Shown one piece after another: positions 9,173 through 15,563 of a stretch of DNA of 24,000 bases. The stretch spans positions 3,831 to 27,830 of the forward strand of contig DAOPZM010000019.1 of NCBI GenBank assembly GCA_035353375.1, given 5' to 3'. The position numbers were made by a program, and so were the translations under genes. Position 1 is the first letter of the stretch. The number at the start of each line of letters is the position of its first letter. The notes beneath the pieces were generated by a model, which was not told the origin of the DNA, did not search any database, and saw nothing but the letters and a program-made list of their open reading frames with translations. The DNA is from Syntrophomonadaceae bacterium. Its GTDB lineage: Bacteria; Bacillota; Syntrophomonadia; Syntrophomonadales; Syntrophomonadaceae.

Positions 9173-10306
9173 TTGTATCTGGGTAAAGTAATGGTTGTTT
9201 TCGGCACCAGGCCGGAGGCGATTAAGATGGCACCGGTAATAAAGGAACTGAAAAAGCTTGAGGATATTCAGACAATTGTTGCCGTAACTGCTCAGCACAG
9301 GGATATGCTGGATCAGGTTCTCAAGCTTTTCAACATAATTCCGGATTATGATCTGGATTTGATGAAAAAGCAGCAGGATCTATACAGTATCACTACCGGA
9401 GTCTTAAATGGGTTGCGGGACATTTTGGTTAAAGAAATGCCGGATCTGGTACTGGTTCACGGCGATACTACCACAACTTTCGTGGCAGCGTTGGCAGCAT
9501 TTTATGAAAAAATTCCGGTCGGCCACGTGGAAGCAGGGTTGCGTACCCGTAATAAGTATTCGCCTTTTCCTGAGGAGATGAATCGCAGCCTGACTGGTCG
9601 TTTGACTGAATTGCATTTTGCACCCACCGATACCGCCAGGGAAAATTTACTGATGGAATCAGTCGCCGCTTATAAAATTTGGGTTACCGGCAATACGGTT
9701 ATTGATGCCCTGCTGGAAACTGTCCAGCCTGATTATCAGTTCCCGGCTGATTTCCCCGCCCTTGATTTTGACCGGCGGCTGTTGCTGGTGACTACTCATC
9801 GCCGTGAAAATTGGGGCGGCCGAATGAGGAATATTTATGAGGCTTTAATTGAACTGGCTGACGAATTCAAAGATATCGAGGTAATATTTCCGGTGCACAG
9901 GAATCCGGTAGTGAAAGACGTGGCCATGGAGATGTTGAGCGGCCGTGAACGTTTCCATTTGATTGAACCGCTTGATTACGAACCATTTGCCAACCTGATG
10001 CGGAATGCATATTTGATTCTGACCGATTCCGGCGGGTTACAGGAGGAAGCGCCTTCTTTAGGCAAACCGGTTTTAGTATTGCGTGATACCACAGAACGTC
10101 CCGAAGCGGTGAAAGCTGGTACGGTTAAGCTGGTTGGCACCAACCGCCAGGCAATTGTTAAGGAAGCCAGGCTTTTGCTAAGCAGCAAGACTGAATATGA
10201 TAAGATGGCGATGGCTATTAACCCATATGGGGACGGTAAAGCTGCACAGCGTATCGCCAAGGTGATCACAGAATTTTTGTATGTCAGGATAGGTGCGAAA
10301 AATTAG
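9173..10306 (+). CDS. wecB: UDP-N-acetylglucosamine 2-epimerase (non-hydrolysing)
   Basis: Family motifs present: VMVVFGTRPEAIKMAPV, HVEAGLRT and DSGGLQEEAPSLGKPVLVLRDTTERPE. The likely start is TTG9173, 7 nt after GGAGG (9161-9165); the ORF-track ATG9149 lacks an RBS, and ATG9191 is another option. Confidence 0.9.
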   Translation: MYLGKVMVVFGTRPEAIKMAPVIKELKKLEDIQTIVAVTAQHRDMLDQVLKLFNIIPDYDLDLMKKQQDLYSITTGVLNGLRDILVKEMPDLVLVHGDTTTTFVAALAAFYEKIPVGHVEAGLRTRNKYSPFPEEMNRSLTGRLTELHFAPTDTARENLLMESVAAYKIWVTGNTVIDALLETVQPDYQFPADFPALDFDRRLLLVTTHRRENWGGRMRNIYEALIELADEFKDIEVIFPVHRNPVVKDVAMEMLSGRERFHLIEPLDYEPFANLMRNAYLILTDSGGLQEEAPSLGKPVLVLRDTTERPEAVKAGTVKLVGTNRQAIVKEARLLLSSKTEYDKMAMAINPYGDGKAAQRIAKVITEFLYVRIGAKN

Positions 10307-10392
10307 TTATTTAATTTTTACTTTGTCTGCAAATATAAATTAGCTTTTATAATGATAAGCACTAATCATTTTAAGTGCCCAGGGAGGATTGG

Positions 10393-11814
10393 ATGGCAAT
10401 GATCAAATTTGGTACTGATGGTTGGCGGGCGGTAATAGCCAGAGAATTTACTTTTGCCAATTGTTGCATAGTAGCCCAGGGAATAGCCAGTTATATGCTC
10501 AATCAACAGCTGGCGAAAAAAGGAATAGTGATAGGATATGATAATCGTTTTATGTCCAGGGAATTTGCCCGTGAATGTGCCCGGGTACTAACAGGCAACG
10601 GAATCAAAGTATTTTTTCTTAATAAGGTTTCACCAACGCCGGTTACAGCTTTTGCAGTTCAGGCCCAAAATGCCGGGGGTGCTTTAATGATAACGGCAAG
10701 TCATAATCCGCCTGAATATAACGGGATAAAATATATTCCTGAATATGCGGGGCCAGCCCTTCCAGATGTGACTGATGCCATTGAGAGAGAAGTGCAGCGG
10801 CTCCTTGAAGGAGGAAGGATTTATGAACTGGATATTGAAGAAGCAAGGGGTTTAGACATTTTTGAAGAAATAAATGTCGATGATATGTACATTAATCACC
10901 TTAATACTTTGCTGCAGGGGGACAGCTTTATAAAGAATCCCTTAAAAGTTGTAGTTGATCCAATGTTCGGAGCCGGAATAGGTTATCTGGAACAGATATT
11001 AAGCAAATTTGGCTGTGAAGTCAAAGCTATAAACAATTACCGGGATGCTTTGTTTGGTAACTCGCTGCCCGAACCGGTAGACGAAATTTTAACAGATCTG
11101 AAACGGGCAGTAGTCTCCTATGATGCACAAATAGGCCTGGCTTTGGACGGAGATGCTGACCGCTTTGGCATTATTGACCAGGAAGGGACTTTTGTAACTC
11201 CCAATGAATTCATGTACCTGTTACTGCATCATTTGTTAAAAACCAGAACCTTTCGGGGGCCTGTAGCCCGTACCCTGGCTACCACCCATATGCTGGACCG
11301 CATCGCCCGGAAAAACGGTCTGGGAGTAATTGAAACGCCGGTAGGTTTTAAATACATCGGACAATGCCTGCGGGAAAAGGGTTGTATGCTGGGCGGGGAA
11401 GAAAGCGGGGGCATGAGTATTTTTGGTCACATTCCTGAAAAAGACGGAATCCTTGCCTGCCTGTTGGCCGGGGAAATGCTGGCTTATTCCGGTAAAAGTT
11501 TTTCCGTTTTAAAAGCAGAATTTGAGCAGGAATATGGTACGGCAGTGAGCCGGCGTGTGGATATAAAGGTAAAAGAGGAGAAAAAAGAAGAAATAATAGC
11601 ACAGATGCATAATTATAATCCCGTAACGGTAGCCGGGCAGAAAGTCGAGTCACAAAACAGGACCGAAGGCTTAAAGGTATCACTGAAGGATGAAAGCTGG
11701 TTTTTGATCCGTCCATCCGGAACGGAACCTTTATTCAGACTATATGTTGAAACCAGTGACGCGAAGAAGATGGAAAAAATTATAGCTGATGTCCGAAAAG
11801 CATTAGATTTGTAG
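10393..11814 (+). CDS. alpha-D-phosphohexomutase (phosphoglucomutase/phosphomannomutase family)
   Basis: All four family motifs are present: phosphoserine loop TASHNPPEYNGIK (Ser at nt 10699-10701), metal loop LALDGDADRFG, sugar loop GGEESGG and phosphate loop IRPSGTEP. ATG10393 follows GGGAGG (10382-10387). Confidence 0.88.
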   Translation: MAMIKFGTDGWRAVIAREFTFANCCIVAQGIASYMLNQQLAKKGIVIGYDNRFMSREFARECARVLTGNGIKVFFLNKVSPTPVTAFAVQAQNAGGALMITASHNPPEYNGIKYIPEYAGPALPDVTDAIEREVQRLLEGGRIYELDIEEARGLDIFEEINVDDMYINHLNTLLQGDSFIKNPLKVVVDPMFGAGIGYLEQILSKFGCEVKAINNYRDALFGNSLPEPVDEILTDLKRAVVSYDAQIGLALDGDADRFGIIDQEGTFVTPNEFMYLLLHHLLKTRTFRGPVARTLATTHMLDRIARKNGLGVIETPVGFKYIGQCLREKGCMLGGEESGGMSIFGHIPEKDGILACLLAGEMLAYSGKSFSVLKAEFEQEYGTAVSRRVDIKVKEEKKEEIIAQMHNYNPVTVAGQKVESQNRTEGLKVSLKDESWFLIRPSGTEPLFRLYVETSDAKKMEKIIADVRKALDL

Positions 11815-11820
11815 AAATAA

Positions 11821-11855
11821 AAAAACCCGGCTTTCAAGAGAGGCCGGGTTTTTTT
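11821..11855 (+). terminator. Rho-independent terminator after the phosphohexomutase gene
   Basis: CCCGGC (11826-11831) pairs with GCCGGG (11843-11848). It is flanked by an A-run upstream and T7 (11849-11855) downstream. Confidence 0.8.
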
Positions 11856-11972
11856 ATCCGTTAAAATGTAATAGCGGGGCAGGATTTTTATGGTATACGA
11901 CGAAAGTCTATTAATAATGACAAATTAGGTCCCGGATTTAATAAAATAAGCAGAGAAGCAGGGCAAAATAAA

Positions 11973-12629
11973 TTGGAAATGGAAAGAAAAATACTTGCAG
12001 TACAGGAAGCCGAACGCCGAAGAATTGCCCGCGATATTCATGATGGGCCTGCTCAGTCCCTGGCGGCTGTTTTATTGCAGCTCAATTTTTTAACTGCAGA
12101 ACCAATTACAAATAATACAGAAGAGCTCAGGCAAGAATTACTGCGGCTTAAGGGTATTGCCCAGGACAGTATGAATGAGATGCGGCAAATTTTGTTTGAT
12201 CTTAAACCAGTACGCCAAAATAACGATAGTTTATTGTCAGTGCTGGAGGATTATTTTGCTGAAATAAAGGCCAAATATAATTTCTGCATAGAATTGAACT
12301 CGAGAGGAGTGCCGCAGATATATCCGCCATATATACAGACAGCTTTATTCAGGCTGGTTCAGGAGTCGGTGAACAACTGCAGGAAACATGCCGGGGTAAA
12401 CAAGGTTCATATAATGTTGGCCGAGAACAGGGAACAGATTGAGATTCTTATTGAAGACGCAGGAAAGGGTTTTGATAAAACCGGGGAACTTAATAAAGCT
12501 GATAATTTCGGAATTGCAGGTATGCTGGAAAGAACAGCTTTACTGGGTGGAACTATAGAAATAGAATCAAAACCTGGTGCCGGAACGCAGATATTGATTA
12601 TAATTCCGCTTAATGGGGAGGTACTATAG
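11973..12629 (+). CDS. histidine kinase catalytic core only (HisKA_3 DHp + HATPase_c), DegS-like, with no sensor or TM domain
   Basis: H-box ERRRIARDIHDGPAQ (His23, nt 12039-12041), N-box QESVNNCRKHA, G1 EDAGKGF, G2 GIAGMLERTALLGG...PGAGT. There is no hydrophobic segment. The start is TTG11973 or ATG11979 with only a weak RBS. The stop overlaps the regulator start by 1 nt (TAGTG, 12627-12631). Confidence 0.8.
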   Translation: MEMERKILAVQEAERRRIARDIHDGPAQSLAAVLLQLNFLTAEPITNNTEELRQELLRLKGIAQDSMNEMRQILFDLKPVRQNNDSLLSVLEDYFAEIKAKYNFCIELNSRGVPQIYPPYIQTALFRLVQESVNNCRKHAGVNKVHIMLAENREQIEILIEDAGKGFDKTGELNKADNFGIAGMLERTALLGGTIEIESKPGAGTQILIIIPLNGEVL

Positions 12630-13270
12630 TGGGGAAGATAAAAGTATTGATTGCAGATGATCATTCCCTGTTTAGTGAAGGGCTGCGTAAATTGCTGGAA
12701 AGTGACAGCAGTCTGGAGATAGTCAGTGAAGTTGGTGATGGCCAGGGGGCCATTAATGTCACGCGCAAATTCAAGCCTAACCTGGTTTTGATGGATATAA
12801 ATATGCCGGGAACCAATGGCCTGGTTGCCACGCAGGTGATAAAAAGAGAATTTCCTGCCACCAAAGTAATAGCGTTAACTATCTTTGAAGGGGAGGAAGT
12901 TTTGGAATTAGTTAAAGCTGGTGTTTCAGGGTATATGCTTAAGGATGTGCTGGGGAGTGATTTAATTCAGACGATCCATAAGGTTATGGCTGGGGAAGTT
13001 GTGATCCACCCCCGGGTAACCAGTTATTTAGTCCAGGAATTGACGCGAACGGAAAAGAAAAACGATAATCTGAATCTGACCAGAAGGGAAAAGGATATTC
13101 TGGAAATGCTGGTTAAAGGCAACAGTAACCGGGATATGGCGGAAGCTATGTTTATCAGTGAAAAGACGGTCAAAAACCACCTGACCAGTATTTTCCGTAA
13201 ATTGGGGGTCAAGGATCGCACCCAGGCGGCAGTTTTTGCGTTGCGGCATAAAATAGTTGAAGAAGCATAA
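12629..13270 (+). CDS. response regulator, NarL/LuxR family (DegU-like)
   Basis: The receiver domain has ADDH...LMDINMPG (phospho-acceptor D56, nt 12794-12796). The C-terminal LuxR HTH reads LTRREKDILEMLVKGNSNRDMAEAMFISEKTVKNHLTSIFRKLGV. GTG12629 is preceded by GGGGAGG (12613-12619). It aligns by eye with B. subtilis DegU along its length. Confidence 0.9.
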   Translation: MGKIKVLIADDHSLFSEGLRKLLESDSSLEIVSEVGDGQGAINVTRKFKPNLVLMDINMPGTNGLVATQVIKREFPATKVIALTIFEGEEVLELVKAGVSGYMLKDVLGSDLIQTIHKVMAGEVVIHPRVTSYLVQELTRTEKKNDNLNLTRREKDILEMLVKGNSNRDMAEAMFISEKTVKNHLTSIFRKLGVKDRTQAAVFALRHKIVEEA

Positions 13271-13353
13271 GCAAGTAAACAATATTATACCAGTAATCAA
13301 TTAACCTCCTGTAAGCATAATATATATTGTTAAGGGCTGAAAGGAGGTTTTTT

Positions 13354-13656
13354 ATGCTTATTCTTCTCAAGCTGTTGTGTTTTGCAGTATGGCTGGTAAT
13401 CATGCTGTATTTAGTCCGGGGCAGCGCTTACTCCTTTCAAAGTTTCAGTGAAGTTAAAATCAGGATCAAAGATGAGGACAACCTGGAGATGAATGTCTGC
13501 CGTGCTTTATTAAAGTTAAAAAAAAACGACAGACTGATCATCGAAGATGCGTCTGATGCTTTACAAAGCCAGCGCAATCAGGTTATATTCAAACGCTTAT
13601 TAAGAAAAAATCCATCGCTGGTTTATTCGTATTTAAGAGAAAACTGGAGCTGCTGA
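13354..13656 (+). CDS. hypothetical small single-pass membrane protein (about 100 aa)
   Basis: ATG13354 lies 6 nt after AAAGGAGG (13340-13347). It has an N-terminal hydrophobic helix (MLILLKLLCFAVWLVIMLYLV) and then a charged soluble tail. I recognise no family. Confidence 0.5.
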   Translation: MLILLKLLCFAVWLVIMLYLVRGSAYSFQSFSEVKIRIKDEDNLEMNVCRALLKLKKNDRLIIEDASDALQSQRNQVIFKRLLRKNPSLVYSYLRENWSC

Positions 13657-13742
13657 TCAGCAAAAATATGTAGACAATCGTTATTTATTGCATATTATGA
13701 TATAATTAATAATTATTTAATGAATATTGATGGATGATTTCA

Positions 13743-13782
13743 AATCGTGTGAAAGAGCAGGGGACTTTCAGACGATTATTTT
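13743..13782 (+). promoter_or_regulatory. terminator-like leader hairpin upstream of comFC (possible attenuator)
   Basis: A 13-bp stem, AATCGTGTGAAAG (13743-13755) with CTTTCAGACGATT (13765-13777), has one G/G mismatch and a 9-nt loop, followed by ATTTT. It sits between an extended -10-like TGATATAAT (13698-13706) and the comFC start at 13841. Confidence 0.35.
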
Positions 13783-13840
13783 AGGTAATTTCAAAAATAT
13801 CCGGGCATGTTATGTTGCCAGCGGGGGGGAGGCGAGAGGA

Positions 13841-14560
13841 ATGCAAAATTTATTTCTTGATATAATATTTCCGCAGCATTGTTGCAGTATCTGCCGGCAG
13901 CCAGGTAGATTTGGCACCAAACGCCCATGGTGTCAGCAATGCGAAGACAGCATGCAGAGTCTTAAGAAGAGTGCACCAATTTGTGACAAATGCGGTAAAT
14001 ATATCGAAGAATTTAACTCCCTTTGTGCTGATTGCCGCAGAGAAGACCCCCCTTTTTATATTGCCAGATCGGTTGGGCCTTATAATGAATCGTTCCGTAT
14101 AGCCATTAAAGTTCTGAAATTTCTGGGACGGCGTTTTCTGGCGGTACGCATGGGGCAGATGATGGCTGAAACTGTCCTGAACGAACCGCGTTTTTGGCCG
14201 CTGGACATAATTATCCCCGTACCTGCTTCACGGGGGCATTTGGAGCAGCGGGGCTTTAACCAGACGGAGCTTTTGGCCTGTCAGATTGCAAAAAAGATCA
14301 AAGTCAAAATGGTTGCTGATATTTTGAAACGTATCAAGGAAACACCATCGCAGAGGGAATTAAGCAAACCTGAAAGGGAAAAAAATCTGCTCTGTGCTTT
14401 CGAAGTATCAAATCCAAAGCGAATAAGCGGCAGAAATATTTTACTGGTGGATGATGTTTATACAACCGGTTCAACCAGCAAGGAATGTGCCAAAACCCTT
14501 TTAGAGGCTGGTGCCGCCAGGGTTTCGGTTATAACCTGGGCAACCGGATGCGGCTTTTAA
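13841..14560 (+). CDS. comFC: ComF family protein ComFC (Zn-finger plus phosphoribosyltransferase-like domain)
   Basis: N-terminal Cys pairs CCSIC...CQQC...CDKC...CADC; PRT-type motif ILLVDDVYTTGST near the C-terminus. ATG13841 follows GGGGGGAGG, whereas the ORF-track TTG13727 extension has no RBS and covers the leader hairpin. Confidence 0.85.
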   Translation: MQNLFLDIIFPQHCCSICRQPGRFGTKRPWCQQCEDSMQSLKKSAPICDKCGKYIEEFNSLCADCRREDPPFYIARSVGPYNESFRIAIKVLKFLGRRFLAVRMGQMMAETVLNEPRFWPLDIIIPVPASRGHLEQRGFNQTELLACQIAKKIKVKMVADILKRIKETPSQRELSKPEREKNLLCAFEVSNPKRISGRNILLVDDVYTTGSTSKECAKTLLEAGAARVSVITWATGCGF

Positions 14561-14595
14561 ACAAGAGGCAGTTTAAAAAGCATCATATAAATGAT

Positions 14596-14617
14596 GACCG
14601 GACATAAAAGTCCGGTT
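14596..14617 (+). repeat. copy 1 of an exact 22-nt hairpin repeat GACCGGACATAAAAGTCCGGTT
   Basis: Identical to 14761-14782. The 7-bp stem is ACCGGAC/GTCCGGT with a 6-nt loop. This copy is followed by CAGCTTTT, a weak U-tract, 36 nt after the comFC stop. Confidence 0.9.
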
Positions 14618-14760
14618 CAGCTTTTCAGAAGAATTGGCAGGCCGAAGAAAAAAAGTGAAGGTCGAGGCACGAGCAAGCCCCGCGATTGAGGCGTATATGA
14701 GTACTTCGATTGAGCGGGGCTTGTAAAGTAACAAAGAGATTCATTTTTTTTAACGGTCTG

Positions 14761-14787
14761 GACCGGACATAAAAGTCCGGTTTTTTA
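14761..14787 (+). terminator. Rho-independent terminator (copy 2 of the 22-nt hairpin repeat plus T-run)
   Basis: GACCGGACATAAAAGTCCGGTT (14761-14782) runs into TTTTTT (14781-14786). Confidence 0.8.
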
Positions 14788-14852
14788 TTATTCAGCAGTC
14801 TGGAAATTAATGATTTAGGCAACCTTTATGTTATGACAATCAAAGAAATTTA

Positions 14853-14882
14853 ACAGGATTTAATCTTAATAATGTAGAATAA
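14853..14882 (+). promoter_or_regulatory. sigma-H-type promoter candidate for hpf
   Basis: ACAGGATTT (14853-14861), a 12-nt spacer, then GTAGAATAA (14874-14882). This fits the B. subtilis sigma-H consensus as I recall it (RnAGGwWW, 11-12 nt, RnnGAAT). It lies about 30 nt upstream of the hpf RBS (AAAGGGGTGG). Confidence 0.4.
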
Positions 14883-14912
14883 TATATATACAACCGGGAA
14901 AGGGGTGGTCGC

Positions 14913-15464
14913 ATGAAATTTGAGATCAGAGGCAAGAACATCGAACTGACAGACGCTTTAAAGGAGTATACCACTAAACGGCTTTCCAAGTTGGAGAAAT
15001 ATATTGATGATGTAAAGGAGGCAAAAGTAGCTTTATCGGTCGGAAGCGAAGGTCATAAAGTGGAAGTGACTATTCAGCTCAATGGAGTCATTCTGCGTGG
15101 CGAGGAAGCAACTGAGGATATGTACTCCTCCATTGATCTGGTAGTGGAAAAACTGGAAAAGCAAATCGAAAAATATAAGACCAAATTATATAAAAACCAT
15201 CGCGGCGCTGGACTTAAGCAAGCTCTGCGGGAAGATATCCAGGCCAATCTGGAAAAATATCAATATCAGGAAAATGATAACTTTAAAATAGTTCGCAATA
15301 AAAAGTTTGCCTTAAAACCGATGGACGAAGAAGAAGCTATTATGCAGATGAATTTGCTGGGACACAGCTTTTTTGTTTTTTTTAATGCCGATACTGATGA
15401 AGTGAATGTGGTGTACAAGCGCAAAGATGGTAATTACGGGCTAATTGAACCTGATTTTAATTAG
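14913..15464 (+). CDS. hpf: ribosome hibernation promoting factor, long form
   Basis: N-terminal YfiA/S30AE domain (MKFEIRGKNIELTDALKEYTTKRLSKLEKY...) plus the C-terminal dimerisation domain (KPMDEEEAIMQMNLLGHSFFVFFNADTDEVNVVYKRKDGNYGLIEP). Confidence 0.93.
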   Translation: MKFEIRGKNIELTDALKEYTTKRLSKLEKYIDDVKEAKVALSVGSEGHKVEVTIQLNGVILRGEEATEDMYSSIDLVVEKLEKQIEKYKTKLYKNHRGAGLKQALREDIQANLEKYQYQENDNFKIVRNKKFALKPMDEEEAIMQMNLLGHSFFVFFNADTDEVNVVYKRKDGNYGLIEPDFN

Positions 15465-15518
15465 TTGAAGTACTTAATAAAAACATGTTAGTATAAGTAT
15501 TATGTTTAGAAGCAACAT

Positions 15519-15545
15519 GAGGAACCATTAGGTTCCTCTTTTTTT
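15519..15545 (+). terminator. Rho-independent terminator after hpf
   Basis: GAGGAACC (15519-15526), loop ATTA, GGTTCCTC (15531-15538), then T7 (15539-15545). Confidence 0.8.
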
Positions 15546-15563
15546 GAAAGAGGTTGGTATGCC

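Larger units (their letters stand above)
14596..14787 (+). ncRNA. structured intergenic RNA, candidate raiA-motif ncRNA (core helices 14638-14760 plus own terminator)
   Basis: Three nested helices are visible by eye: 14638-14644/14754-14760, 14647-14658/14741-14751 and 14674-14683/14714-14723. The element ends in an intrinsic terminator before hpf. Its position between comFC and hpf (raiA) matches the published context of the raiA motif. The consensus was not checked. Confidence 0.55.

Noticed and set aside
11865-11972. The kinase reading frame stays open for 36 codons upstream of TTG11973. I considered whether this is a remnant of a lost DegS N-terminal domain.
   Set aside because: The stretch contains no in-frame ATG, GTG or TTG and is AT-rich. 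It begins right after a stop (TAA 11862-11864) adjacent to the upstream terminator. It is far too short for a domain of about 170 aa, and the resemblance to DegS is limited to a QDF tripeptide at the wrong spacing.
14591-14689. A 32-aa highly basic + strand ORF (MMTGHKSPVQLFRRIGRPKKKSEGRGTSKPRD) inside the comFC-hpf spacer.
   Set aside because: It has no Shine-Dalgarno upstream, and its start lies inside a hairpin (CATCAT-ATAA-ATGATG, then the 22-nt repeat). It runs through the stems of the structured RNA. The RNA explanation accounts for the sequence better.
14625-14822. A 65-aa minus-strand ORF across the comFC-hpf spacer.
   Set aside because: It is antisense to the structured RNA and its terminator and has no RBS. 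It is the only minus-strand candidate in a fully + oriented region.
15465-15494. Promoter-like TTGAAG-N18-TAGTAT with an extended TG just after the hpf stop.
   Set aside because: It lies upstream of the strong hpf terminator, so transcripts would meet the terminator before secA. It is kept only as a hypothesis in the secA finding and is not called as a feature.
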